Source: the human T2T-CHM13v2.0 reference genome, Homo sapiens
DNA length: 64,000 bases
Reading direction: 5' to 3' (one strand)
Assembly (NCBI RefSeq): GCF_009914755.1
Contig: NC_060930.1
Below are positions 1 through 13,041 of this stretch, one piece after another. Numbering within the stretch: position 1 is the first letter of the stretch; each line of letters starts with the position of its first letter. The notes beneath the pieces were generated by a model that made no database searches, was not told the DNA's origin, and saw only the letters and a list, made by a program, of their open reading frames with translations. Both the position numbers and the translations under genes were made by a program.

Positions 1-80
1 ATCTCCTGACCTCGTGATCCACCCGCCTGCCTCGGCCTCCCAAAGTGCTGGGATTACAGGCATGAGCCACCGCACCCAGG
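1..80 (-). mobile_element. Alu (5' end of left arm, window-truncated)
   Basis: CTCCTGACCTCGTGATCCACCCGCC..CCTCCCAAAGTGCTGGGATTACAGGCATGAGCCACCGCACCC is the reverse complement of the Alu 5' end. Confidence 0.95.
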
Positions 81-275
81 CAGATATTTTAATTATTTAA
101 TATTTTGTTATTGCCTTTTATATACCTAACAGCTACAATGGGAAAAAAGCATACAGTCGGCTCTCCATGTCCACTGTTCTACATCTATGGTTTCAAACAA
201 ATCTTAGATCAAAAATATTCAGAAAATTGAAAACAAATACAATAGATGATAATACAAATTTAAACAGCAATACAA

Positions 276-554
276 GGCGAGATGCAGTGGCTCATGCCTG
301 TAATCCCAGCACTTTGGGAGGCCAAAGAGGGCAGATCACTTGAGGACAGGAGTTTGAGACCAGCCTGACCAACATGATGAAACCCTGTCTCTACTAAAAC
401 TACAAAAATTAGCTGGGCATAGTGGTGGGTGCCTGTAATCCCAACTTCTCAGGAGGCTGAGGCAGGAGAATCACTTGAGCATGGGAAGCAGAGGTTGCAG
501 TGAACCGAGATCTCTCCACTGCCCTCCTACCTGGGTGACAAAGCAAGACTCCAT
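276..554 (+). mobile_element. AluS-family SINE
   Basis: Complete dimer GGCGAGATGCAGTGGCTCATGCCTGTAATCCCAGC..CTACTAAAACTACAAAAATTAGC..GCAAGACTCCAT. Confidence 0.95.
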
Positions 555-582
555 AGAAAGAAAGAAAGAAAGAGAGAAGGAG

Positions 583-641
<59 letters not shown>

Positions 642-1556
642 AGAGGAAGGAAAGAAGGAAGGAAGGAAGGGAAAAGAAAGAGAGAGAGAGAAAGAAAGAA
701 CGAATGAGAGAAAGAAAGAAAGAGAGGAAGGAAGGAAGCAAGGAAGGAAGGAAGGGAAAAGAAAGAGAGAGAGAAAGAAAGAATGAATGAGAGAGAGAGA
801 AAGAAAGAAAGAGAAAGAAAGAAAGAAAGAAAGAAAGAGGAAGGAAGGAGGGAAAAGAAAGAGAGAGAGAAAGAAAGAAAGAGAGAGAAGGAAAGAAAGA
901 GAAAGAAAGAGAAAGAAAGAAAAGAGAGAGCAGAAGGAAGGGAGGGAGGGAGGGAAAAGAGAAAGAAATAAAGAAAGAAAGAAAGGAAGGAAGGAAGGAG
1001 GGAAAAGAAAGAGAGAAAGAAAGAAAAAGAAAGAAAGAGAGAAAGAAAAAGAAAGGAAGAAAAAGAAAGAAAGAGAGAGAAAGAAAGAGAGAAAGAGAAA
1101 GAAAGGAAGAAAAAGAAAGAGAGAGGAAGGAAGGAAGGAAAGAAGGGAGGGAGGGGGGAAAAGAAAAAGAGAAAGAACGAAAGAAAGAAAGAAAGAAAGA
1201 AAAACAGGAAGGAAGGAAGGAGGGAAAAGAAAGAGAGAGAGAAAAAGAAAAAGAAAGAAGAGAGAGAAAGAAAGAGAAAGAAAGAAATAAAAAGAAAGAA
1301 AGAGAGAGGAAGGAAGGAAGGAAAGAAGGGAGGGAGGGAAAAGAAAAAGAGAAAGAATGCAAGAATGAAAGAAAGAAAGACAGGAAGGAAGGAAGGAGGG
1401 AAAAGAAAGAGAGAAAGAAAAACAAAGAAAAGAGAGAGAGAAAGAAAGAGAGAAGAGGAAGGAAGGAAGGAAAGAAGGGAGGGAGGGAGGGAAAAGAAAA
1501 AGAAAGAACGAAAGAAAGAATGAAAGAAAGAAGAAAGAAAGAAGGAGAAAGAAAGA
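555..1556 (+). repeat. ~1 kb compound (GAAA)n/(GGAA)n/(GA)n polypurine repeat derived from the Alu A-tail
   Basis: Almost exclusively A/G on the + strand, directly following the Alu 3' end. Confidence 0.97.
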
Positions 1557-2029
1557 CAACTGTTTATATAGCATTATATTGTATTTGGAATTATAAGTAA
1601 TCTAGGATGATATAAAGTATAGAGGATAGAGGAACATGTGTGTAGGTTACATGCATTTTTATATAAGGAACTTGAGCATTCCAGGATTTTGTTATCAGCA
1701 GGGGTTCTGGAACTAATTTTCTAAGGATACAAAGAGATGACTATATATGTGTGTGTGTATTTATTTGTGTGTGTGTACATGTATTAAGAAGTGCATGTAC
1801 ACGTATGTGTCATATTTGATACTTAACAAATATTTGATCGAATATTTAATAAATAATACATGAAATATTAAGACAAAAATTGTATAATAGTTATATATAG
1901 ACATACACAAAAATATTGAGTATGTACTATTAAAAACTTCAGGGTTTGTTTGGAGGTTTTCCTTTCCGGGCAAAGTTTTGAGGACATCAGGTAGGGACTT
2001 AAGCTTACATTGGCTAAATGTTTAGTATC

Positions 2030-2230
2030 TACCAGCACTGTTCCTACTTCATATGCATTACCTCACTTGATCCTTTTCAAAACTCCTATCTTGTGGATAT
2101 TATTATTCAAATTTTATAGATTAAAAATATTAGATAGGAAGAGTTCAGTTCATTTGTTTATGGGCCTTTAGCCATGTGGGATTCATAACTAATCTGTCTA
2201 AGGCCCAAACCAGTGTTCTTTTCACTGTAT
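2030..2230 (-). mobile_element. MIR SINE relic
   Basis: CATTACCTCACTTGATCC..TATTATTATTCAAATTTTATAGAT resembles the MIR core in reverse; highly diverged. Confidence 0.55.
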
Positions 2231-2245
2231 AAGGATATGTCAATC

Positions 2246-2341
2246 AAAATAATATTGCTATTATTTTGCAATATTTTGCAAAATAATATTGCTATTATTT
2301 TGCAATATTTTGCAAAATAATATTGCAAAATAATATTGCTA
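2246..2341. repeat. AT-rich tandem plus inverted mini-repeat (34 bp x2 + 13 bp x2)
   Basis: AAAATAATATTGCTATTATTTTGCAATATTTTGC at 2246 and 2280, then AAAATAATATTGC twice. Confidence 0.9.
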
Positions 2342-3546
2342 TCCACCTCTCTCATATCCCTCCAAATAATGTGATAGCATATTATTTGCATATATTTGTA
2401 TAAAATATTTATTCTCTCAGATACTCTTACAATATTTGTCCATCTATCTAGAATATTTCCAGGACTCTGCCAGTTTATCCCTACTTTGTCACAATTGTCA
2501 TATTTGTGGTTGCCAATCTGCAATGGGTGCTTTTTCAATCATGACTGAACTCTTCAGAAAGTAAGCATGTCAGAATCACTGTATCAATAGGATTGGCCAT
2601 GAAAACAGAGAAAAATAATAATAATAGCCCATATATGTTTCTTACAATTGCCAAGTGTTTTTCTCAGCACATTACATTTATTAGTGAATGTAGGTCCTTT
2701 CCGATTCTATTCAATTTAAACTGCCCTCCAGCGTTTGTACAAAGGAAACAATTCCATTAATTATCAAAAGGCAATTTCACTTTCAACTTTGTAATTACTT
2801 TACTCAAATTTAGAATAAATTAATGTTTTAGAAAATAGTTTCTTTCAAATCATTTTTTAAATTAAGTTTCTTTTTAATAGATTTTCTTGATTCCTATCAA
2901 AGTACAATCAAATAAGTGCATAAAGGATATAATGAAAAACTATTGCTTTTCCTTATCCATTCTCAACAGCCATCCTTGCTCCCAAGTGTAAACTTTCTAA
3001 ATTTTGTGGACACTTCTTTGATTAGTTACTGCCATATTGCAAGTAATATTTTTTATATTCGAAACTATACTCACAAATTTAGACCAAATAACTTCAGGAC
3101 TTTATGCAGTTGATATTTTTCTAAAACATTTTTAAAAATAATTAAAAGCTTAACATCTCTTTCCTGTTGAAAACTTGAGGAAAATGCAGTTAAACCCTAT
3201 TACGAAACTAATGATTACCATTTACTGGAACTTCATATGTCTGACACTAGAAATTATCACTTTAAATGTATTTTTTCAATTTAGTGCATACATTCAACAT
3301 GTCAGGCTAGAAACAAAAAGGAAATCCAGGCTGTGTAATATTAGACTAATTATTCCCCTCTAAGTGGTGGAATCAATATTGGAAAACATTTCCTTCTGAT
3401 TCCAAGTTCTAGGTGCTAAACCTCTGAATTCAACAGTCTATGAATAAAAGCAAAAAAAGGAAAATAAATATGAATTATTAGCCAACCAACCAAAGGAAAG
3501 ATTTTAACACATTATTATATATCCCTCCATGATTTTTTTTTCTGTG

Positions 3547-3902
3547 CAGGGGTTAAGAAGGGAAGGAGTGGGAGAAAGAGATAAATAAGTGTAGCACCGG
3601 ATACCTTTAGACCAGTGAAACTATTTTCTGTGATAACATAATGACAACATTACATTATGATTTGGCAAAACACATAGAACTACAAGACACAGAATAAACT
3701 CTAATGTAAATTACTAACTTTAGTTAATAATAATGTATGAATAGTTTCATCATTTATAGTATTACACGCACCAATGCAAGATGTTAATAATAAGATAAAT
3801 GGGTTTGGGGGAAGCACGTGGAAGAGGGAGTATGGGAATTCACTGTACTTTCTGTTCAATTTTCTGTAAACCCAAACTGCTAAAAAAACAAAGTCTATTG
3901 CT
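3547..3902 (+). mobile_element. L1MC (L1MC2/3-like) 3' UTR fragment
   Basis: CAGTGAAACTATTTTCTGTGATA..GCAAGATGTTAATAATA..CTGTACTTTCTGTTCAATTTTCTGTAAACCCAAACTGCTAAAAAAACAAAGTCTATT is a typical L1MC 3' terminus. Confidence 0.75.
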
Positions 3903-4757
3903 TTTTAAAGAATGATAAATTGTATTATGTTGTTAATGATTATGATAGCTAACATGTAACAAGTTTCTAAATTGTGAGCTAGGAAATATGGATGCAGGTA
4001 TATTATTACTTTCATTTTTAGATTATTATGCTGAAGTGCAGAGTATGCAGTGTTTACCTGCAACCATGAAACTAGTAATTGGAAAGACCTAGACTTAAAC
4101 CTAATTTGTCTTTCTAAAATTTTGTATCTTTTTAATACTACCTCACTTGTATGATACTATTTCTTTTTTTACTAAATGTCTAAAATCAATGTTCCTATCT
4201 TTCTTATTTTACTCTATATTAGACTAAGAAATACCTAAAAAGAAACCTACATTTTATCTTGTACTCCACATCTGAGCATTATTAATCAAAATAAAACACT
4301 CAGACTAAAATCTAGTTTTAACACTAGTTTATCTCCTTAAATTCCTGGTTTCATTTTGCTTTTGTCGTTTGTAGATTTCTTACTGAAAAGAATTATGAGC
4401 AGAAAATATATATATGACACACATATAGACATATATACACACATATATTAGCTATATATGCACTGTATCTCCAGTGCTTGCACTGTAAGGGTCTTTTACA
4501 ATATCTTCTTTAATATCCTTCCAGAAACAAAAGTCCATCATAAATTTTGTATTAATTTTTTCGAAAACCTGGATATACAATAGACCTTAAATTTCTTACT
4601 TAGAAATCCTCTTTCTATTCTATGACCTCAATTAAGCAAGTAAACCTACCCTAAATATGTAAAATAAGAGGAGGAATTTTATTAATTTATCCACAATTGT
4701 TACTTTAATATTTGAAATTAATATTTCCATTCTTCTAGTTCAACAGAATTTGGCATA

Positions 4758-5335
4758 TTTTTTATTTCAAATAATTTCAAACTTACTAATATGTAGTGAA
4801 AATAGTATTAAAAAATTGGAACATGTTTTTTACCCAGATTCCCAAATATCAACCTCTTACTACACTTGGCTTGTGTTATTCTGAGTGTGAATATCAGCAT
4901 ATACATATATACATGTATGGATAGAAACATAAATAGGTAAATGTAAATGTAAATATATATTTGAAATGTTTATAAGTAAGATTTAGACAAAATATCTCTT
5001 TACCTCCAAGTATTTCACTGTATGTATTTAATAAACAAGAGCATTCTTCTCCATAAACAGATTACAGTTACAAAAATCAGAAAATTAACATTAATGCAGT
5101 ACTAGTATGTAATCTACAGACTTTATTCAAGTTATATGAATTTTCCCACTAAGGGCTTTAGTCTGATTTGGGATTCAATTTGTTATTACATAATGTATTT
5201 CATTGTCACATCTCTTCAATTTCCTTTAATCTGGAACACTTCCTCATCTTTGTTTTTGCTCCATAACTTAGAAAACTTTAAGATTAAAGAGGAGAATTTT
5301 GCAGAAAGTTCCTCAATCTGGATATGCTCATAATA
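4758..5335 (-). mobile_element. L1MC4/5-like 3' fragment
   Basis: TTTTATTTCAAATAATTTCAAACTTAC..TTTACCCAGATTCCC..AAAATCAGAAAATTAACATTAATGCAGTACT..TAATCTACAGACTTTATTCAAGTT..TTTAATCTGGAACACTTCCTCA. Confidence 0.7.
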
Positions 5336-5929
5336 AAACATTGGGAGATAGCAGAATTGCATTGCTGTTTCAACATTCAAAACGATATTCTGAGTAGGCA
5401 TTTTAAGCCATGTAATGTGAAGAGAGAAGCTTTTTGGTTACCATCACCCCAAAGTGTCTCATGTCACTTCCCTTCAAACTAACCTCCAACCCCCAGGAGC
5501 AACAACTTCGGATCTTTTGCCACAACAGAAAAGTTTTCTCTATAATAGAATTTCTCTTTGGAGAAAGGCTTTTTTTTTTCTTCTTCTTCTACGCTTTCTG
5601 TAAAGTGGAAAAATTAGAAAGTATTCACATGTTGTATTCTCAATTTCTGGTTTTTGATGTAATAAATGACTACACTTTCTACCCACCATAATCTCCTGCT
5701 AGGTTTGTGATGTTCTTGTTATGTTTTTCCTCTTTTAGGTCAGTACTGGTTATAGGTAGATCCTAATATGCCACTGATAGCAGCTATGCCCAGGTAAATC
5801 TGACTTTTCTGATATGCCTCATTAAATAAAAATAGTTTCTGAAACTAGCATAAAAACTTTCATCTTTGAATCTTAAATTATTTTACAAACATTAATTCTT
5901 TCAGAACTTATACAAGATGTGTATTATTG

Positions 5930-6046
5930 AGTCGCAGATTTATGGAGTCTTAGAGATGGATGGGACTTCAGAAGACATCTGGTTTAACTTCTTGGTTTCA
6001 AAGATAAAAAAACTGAGGATCAGTGAAGGAAAATGATTTGCTTAAA
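5930..6046 (-). mobile_element. MIR/MIR3 core relic
   Basis: TTAGAGATGGATGGGACTTCAGAAGACATCTGG..AAACTGAGG..AAATGATTTGCTTAA. Confidence 0.55.
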
Positions 6047-6284
6047 CAGATCTTTTTACAATTTTTGCTTCAGAATAATAAAGAAAATATGGCAACCCAT
6101 AGAAAACATTTCCAATGCATATATAAATTCACTTTGTATGCCACTTTCTAATTTGGAGGGTAAATAGACATGTATTTCAAGGTAGGGCCAGAGAATTTGG
6201 GGGCTGAGGCATAGTAGGGGCAAGTTGGTTTATACAATAATGGGTCAGTGATTGGTGCTTTGTAGAGTGGTTCAAATTTAGAAA

Positions 6285-6489
6285 TCTATTATATATTTAA
6301 AAATAGCTAAAAGTGTGAATTTTGAATATTTTCACCACAAAAAAATGATAAATGTTTGAAGCAGTAGATATGCTAATCATCCTGATTTAATCATTTTACA
6401 CAATGTATATGTGTACTAAAACATCACACTGTGTCCTGTAAATATGTACAATTATTATGTGTCTATTAAAACAAAAGAAAACTTAAAAA
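6285..6489 (+). mobile_element. L1MA 3' end
   Basis: AAAATAGCTAAAAG..ACCACAAAAAAATGATAAATGTTTGA..CCTGATTTAATCATT..AAACATCACACTGTGTCCTGTAAATATGTACAATTATTATGTGTC. Confidence 0.85.
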
Positions 6490-7273
6490 GAGTTGATATA
6501 TTAGCATAAATTAATGATTAAATTTACTTTCTTATATTGCTTGATGATAAAGATAATTTGCTGAAACATCTGTCTTTAACAAATCTCTCTCCTCTCATCT
6601 CATTCTCAGATTGTTATCCCAACATCTCTCCTTTCTTTCTCAACTGCCTCCTGTCACAAACACATATAAATCACCCAACAGAAAACATTCATGAAAGAAG
6701 AAATTTTAAAAAGATATGGAAGAATATAAAAAATAACTATCAAAAACTGTTGTGAAAGTAGTTAAAACTTGATGAAAATTTTGCATTTCCTGAGATTAAG
6801 ATAACAAAAATATTACTGAAAAGATAATCTGTACTGAGCTTTCATCTCAAAATTAAGTAATGCTCGGGTCCTGTAATCAAGGCACTGATGATCTACCAGG
6901 AAAAATGGTCCTACTAAAAAGCAGAGTGCGGTGAGTACCAGAACCATGGGGCATAGTGGGTAGCCGTGGAAGGGTGATTAAAACTGGATATGTTTGGAAA
7001 CATTTTAGAGACAGGTTTGAAGTGGGCCCATGAAGGTAGGCAGTAATGTTGGTGACATTGAACTTTGGCCATCTACCTCTCTTTCATTCTCCCAAATATG
7101 TAAATAAATAGAGGGAAAAGCCAAAGAAAAATAACAGGCTGATGAGAAAATCAAATGTCTAATTTAGAAACATAATGAAGAAACTAAGTATGTGTAAACT
7201 ATTCAGAAAGTACATAATTACATTTTTACATTGTATAGAAATTGAGATTTGGGTGATGATAAAAGAGTGAATA

Positions 7274-7597
<324 letters not shown>

Positions 7598-7665
7598 TCA
7601 CAGCTGTAAGTCTCTAAAATCAAATAAGATTGAACAGAACATCACAAGAGTTACTGTAAACATCA

Positions 7666-8214
7666 AAATACCATTTGACTCAGCAATCCCATTACTGGGT
7701 ATATACCCAAAGGTTTATAAATCATGCTGCTGTAAAGACACATGCACATGTATGTTTATTGCGGCACTATTCACAATAGCAAAGACTTGGAACCAACCTA
7801 AATGTCCAACAATGATAGACTGGATTAAGAAAATGTGGTACATATACACCATGGAATACTATGCAGCCATAAAAATGATAAGTTCATGTCCTTTGTAGGG
7901 ACGTGGATGAAACTGGAAACTATCATTCTCAGCAAACTATCGCAAGGACAAAAAACCAAACGCCGCATGTTCTCACTCATAGGTGGGAATTGAACAATGA
8001 GAACACGTGGACACAGGAAGGGGAACATCACACACTGGGGCCTGTTGTGGGGTGGGGGATGGGGGAGGGATAGCATTAGGAGATATACCTAATGTTAAAT
8101 GATGAGTTAATGGGTGCAGCACACCAACATGGCACATGTATACATATGTAACTAATATGCACGTTGTGCACATGTACCCTAAAACTTAAAGTATAATAAA
8201 AAAAAATAATAAAA
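7666..8214 (+). mobile_element. 5'-truncated L1PA (L1PA4/5-like) 3' end
   Basis: ORF2 C-terminus ([29 protein letters not shown]), G-rich 3' UTR tract, TAAAACTTAAAGTATAATAAAAAAAA tail. Confidence 0.95.
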
Positions 8215-9289
8215 TACATTTTCTTCTCTAAATTTTTCCTATATTCCTTTTGCGTGTCTCTTTTCCCCACAATAATTAAACTAGGAAAGACTACATAAAT
8301 GGTGAATAGTGATTGATGAACTAGGGATATGAAAGATTACAATAATACCACAACTTATAAACATGAAGAAGAAAGAGTAATAGTTTTAAATAACTGAGAG
8401 GTAGAATATCTTCCTCTGAAAATCATAGCATGTAAAAGCTGGACCTGCTTTACTTAGCCCCATGGAAGTTGAGTGACTTGCCCAAAGTCACAAGGGAAAA
8501 TAGTCCATCTCTCAATTATCTTTTCAGCACAAAAACTCTGATGTGCTACAGACCCATATATCCAGCCATCCTAGTGGCCTTCCTAAGTGGAAGACAAATA
8601 ACCTCCTCAAATATAACATGCTTCAGCCTAATTCATTACCTTTTCAACCTCAACCTGCTCCTTTTGTAGCTTTCAACCTTGATGAAGAATACTATTCTTT
8701 GTAGTTCATAAGAGAAAAGACTGTCAGTTATACTAGGTCTTGTCCTCTCATACATGCTGTTAATTAAGCTAGCCTGAATCTTAGAGGCCAGAGAAATGAC
8801 AGAATTTAAGGCTCCTTATTCTATAAGAGAAGCATCTGGACACACATATCTACTTCAGTTGCTAGCTGGGAGTGTGATATCTAAACTAAAGGTTTAGCTA
8901 TAAAATTACATTTTATGGATGCTACATTTTTCACTTATATTGTTTTATATCATATTATTAGATAATTTAGTATGGAAAATGGAGTAAAATTTGCTAACAA
9001 ATTATAATTCATTGAATTCAACTGGTGGAGTTTTTGTCTAGAAAATCCCAAAAAATCACACCATAAATTCAATTTTTTTAAATACACAGAAACTACAATA
9101 TGGCTTTTTCTTAAATAATATTAAAATGCAACCAGCACAATATTTTTAATAAAGTCATACTTAAACATTAAAAAATGTTCTTTTCTTGATCACAAATGTG
9201 CAAAGGACTGAAAACTTATGTTTTTATCAGATAAGATGGTAGAATTTACATTATTGAGTATTAATAATTGACAAATAATGAACCAAAAT

Positions 9290-9430
9290 AAAATGTGGTA
9301 GATATCCACATTTGACAGATGCAGAAAAAGAGGCTCATAGAGTTCAAGTCAGAATACTGGTAAATAATGAGGTTGAGAAATGAACTCCATTTATATAACA
9401 CTAGATTTTATACTTTTTCTTCTGTATTTA
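9290..9430 (-). mobile_element. MIR relic
   Basis: CCACATTTGACAGATGCAGAAAAAGAGGCTCATAGAGTT resembles the MIR core. Confidence 0.5.
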
Positions 9431-12400
9431 ATAATTCACCAATGAAAAAGCCATTAATAAGGTATAATTATTCTGATGCATTTATAGACTGTGTGGATTC
9501 TTGAATCACTCAATTTTACAAGCATTTATTGAGTCCCTTCAATGGACTAGTTGCTATTTAGAATTACAAACATAATTAATTCAGTTTCTGCCCTGTAGTT
9601 GCTCACACTAGCAGCATAACGGACCCATGACAAGGATCTATTGTAAGAGCGAAGAGAGATTCAAAGTGTGGTGTCAGTTAAAGAAAGAAAGGGATTATCA
9701 AAATTTAATTAAGTATTGATTAATTAATCAGAGTTGACTAAAATATGGAATAGCTTAAATATCTGTAAATCATTAGACAGGATTAGTCATTCTGAGCAAA
9801 CCCTATGGTAGGAAGGAGAGGTGAAGATGTCTCAGTATACATTTCTGAGAACGGAGAAATAAAGAGAAGAAAACAGATTACCTTAAGTACCAGGTTAGTA
9901 GCTGAGATTTCAAACAGCATCTATCTTAGGAAGATAGCCAAGCACACAGGATTTCTCTTATTTGGATAGCCTAATTACACTCAGTAAGGTTAGCAGTATG
10001 TAATATTTCCTCCAGTCAATGCTTATTATTACTTAAAATAATAACCATCTGTAGAAAGGAAAATACAAAAATTCAGACAGTTAAAAAGTGTTTAGCCTAA
10101 GTGTTTTAGCCTCAAAGAAAGTGCTAAAATAAGTACAGGCTACATAGATAGAGAAATCACTCAACTGTGAAATTGCTTCCTTTATGCAATATATAGTAGC
10201 CTTTAGAACTGTAAATTGCCACCTAGTACTGCCTGAATGATAAATGATCTTAGCAACAACTAGTCATTCTGTTCTTCGCTAACTTTGGTTCTGTCTGAAT
10301 AATGCCTGAATAGCTGAGAGACAAGAGGATATTTGAACAGTGAAAATAAATCATGCATTCAATGTAAGCTATGTCTGAAGACTGGGAGATAAACAATGAT
10401 TATTCAAAAAAATGGACCAGTAAGATTGCTTTAAAACGCTGTAATATGCAGTGTTTTACAGACCTGTTTCAGTTGGTAGATACAAAACTTTTTTCATAAA
10501 ACAGACACTTTAATGTAATTTTATCCTCTTCACTAAAGAGCATTTTCAGCTATTTTAGTCCTCAATTAATGTGGCAAGAAAAGGCTCCTTCTCTTTTATT
10601 TGACAGGAGGTTTCCTTCCTTGCAACAAGGAGATAGACATAGCTGACAGACGTGTAATTCTGACTTACAATACTCACTTGAAAGAGTCCCTCAAGCCCTA
10701 GTGTCTTAGGAGAGCTGTACCAGCTTGCACATCTGCAGTCCCCAGAATGGTGACAGCTTTCAGATAAAAAGATGGGAATCTAGTCGGCATTTGGTCAGGA
10801 ATTCTCAACAAAGGTGTCTTCTGCAGAGTGTGATGGACTACAACAGTGATGACACTTCTTCAAACTTTGCTGCTTCACCATAGCTTTTTCCTATTTTTTT
10901 CTTCCTTTCTAAACCATGGATACAGGACACATACCAACAGACACATGTCATTTATATTAGAGACAGGTTAGAGGAGTAGTGAGAGAATACGATTAGAAAT
11001 ATGGAAAATTAAACTAGTCCATCCATATCCACCATTTGAACAGAATCTTAGACCAAAGAACCTCCCTTCATCATGATAGAGAAATTATGCTACTAGATAT
11101 GAAGCTTGGGACAAGGTCAAGTAGATATGGCATTAATTTTAAGAATTGGAGTTATAAAGCTAACACAAGGTGACATCACAAACAAGTTTTGTGACTGTGC
11201 AAATTTCTTTGAACCTATAAAATCCATTCTTCATAATGTAAAATGAAGAAAAGAGAATTCCAAGGTACTTTTCACTTTTAAAAGAAAAATTACCTATTCT
11301 TGAGGATGTTTAAAGATCAGTCAATGGATTTCAATTGTATATATTTTGTAATAAAAATACTCTGAATTAGACACACATCTTGTAACAAGAAAAAAACACA
11401 CAAAAATAATTAAATTATGCTGCTATTTCTGTTATGGTTAAGGATAGTTAATTATATATACAGTATGTATAACATGATATAAAGTATTTTTAAATCTGGG
11501 ATTATGGTAATCTTATCTAGTGCTAACTGCAATAGAGAAGTTTTTTCTAATTATTAAATTCTTTACAGTTGGAGACAAATGAGATAGGCCAGGACCCTGG
11601 AGACTTGAGATAAGTGGCTGGTGGTTGTGATGGTCGTCAGCCTGTGGAGACCACCACAAATCTCACCTGTGCTAATGTGATCTATATTTGAACATTCTAT
11701 TCTATGTGATGCTAACAGCTACATATTTGAGCTTGCTACAGTGACATTTTGTTTACTATCACAATGGCTTTGTATGCCCCAATTGAAACCTATATATAGC
11801 CCTAAATTAGTTTTATTTTTAATCACGCAAATTTTCTGTCTCTGAACAGTCACTCTAGCTGTATTAGCTGCTCACTAATAATTACAGAATTTTCTAGTAG
11901 TTTCAGCAGCCAGGGATGTTTTTGCTTTTTTTGTTTGGTGGTTAGGGTCTTTCCTTCATGACTGCACAGTCTCAGAGTTTGCTATTATTTCTCCCTGAAG
12001 AACACATCATTAAGGGGCACATGCTTTTTACATATTTCTGTTAAGAAATTCTGATATTCTTTTCCTTGATGTCTTTCATTGTTTAAATAAAAGCCTAATT
12101 GATAGTAATAGCCTAACATTATAAAATGCTAAAATTATAACTTTTAAATATCAAATATCCAAATATCTATTGGATCTTAAACTATTCTGCAAAATCATTT
12201 TATTTGATCATCCAATTTATGTTTGGAAAGTTTTACAAATAAATCTCTATGTTTCAATGATGGAACACATAAAATTATGTACCATTTTGTATCTGTAAAA
12301 CCTTTTGTTTCCATAGCTTAAAAAGATTTGTCTTTTCATATACATTTTTTAAAGAGTATCTATTGAAGGGTACCCTTTTATCATTCTAAGGTAGCCTTTG

Positions 12401-12787
12401 CTACTTTTTTTTAACTTACATAGTTTGGACTAAGAGAAGTGGTAGGAATGACTCATTTTCTAGAAAGAAAATAAATGTAATTAACACATTATTGAGCTAT
12501 CTAAGAATGTGTCAGACACATTTGATTCTTCTGACATGAGACTGGTAACATCCAGGTACCCCCGTCAGCAGGCAGACTTGACAGAACAAATGATATACAT
12601 AATATATGTTGAGATTTCTTTGTACTTGTGCAAACAACAATTTATCAAACCTCCAATTTATATTTATGCTTTTGGAATGCCCAAAACAGCAGTATCCCCC
12701 AAAACTCTATTAAACATTTATTAAATAAATAAAGGTATTTGTTCATGGGGTTTTGGAACTTACTACCTAGTAAGTATATTAGTATAT

Positions 12788-13041
12788 ATTTTACATATTC
12801 ACAATTTCTTTATTTTCTAACTTAAAAGATGATAGCTGGATTCCCATATCTGTTTTTGCATTAAATCTGTTGCAATATCCCACATCACGCTCCTTTCAAA
12901 ATATGACCATATATATTCGTAAGGAAATGAAAATTAAAAAAGAAAATAACATCTTAATATTATTTGGGGAAACTTGTGTAACACCTTCAAGGTCTCTGGG
13001 AACAACGTGAATGAGCAGATTTTACTTCAAGAATAGTTGCT
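12788..13041 (-). mobile_element. Charlie1-family (hAT) DNA transposon terminal fragment
   Basis: GATGATAGCTGGATTCCCATATCTGTTTTTGCATTAAATCTGTTGCAATATC..AAATAACATCTTAATATTAT..ACTTCAAGAATAGTTG matches the recalled Charlie1 left end in reverse. Confidence 0.7.

Larger units (their letters stand above)
154..1743 (-). mobile_element. MER2/MER2B (TcMar-Tigger) DNA transposon, split in two (154-275 and ~1557-1743) by an Alu and its expanded tail
   Basis: TA|CAGTCGGCTCTCC left terminus and GAGATGACT(A)|TA right terminus (TIR-like ends with TA TSD); internal ATTATAAGTAATCTAG..TTTTATATAAGGAACTTGAGCAT matches the recalled MER2 body. Confidence 0.8.

Noticed and set aside
409-1574. Long ORFs of 338, 367 and 167 aa rich in F/L/S or K/E/R
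   Set aside because: Translations of the (GAAA)n tract plus Alu; the repeat simply lacks stop codons
10600-10900. Unique GC-richer patch with minus-strand donor-like sites (GTGAGT, GTAAG)
   Set aside because: No matching acceptor or recognisable reading frame could be identified
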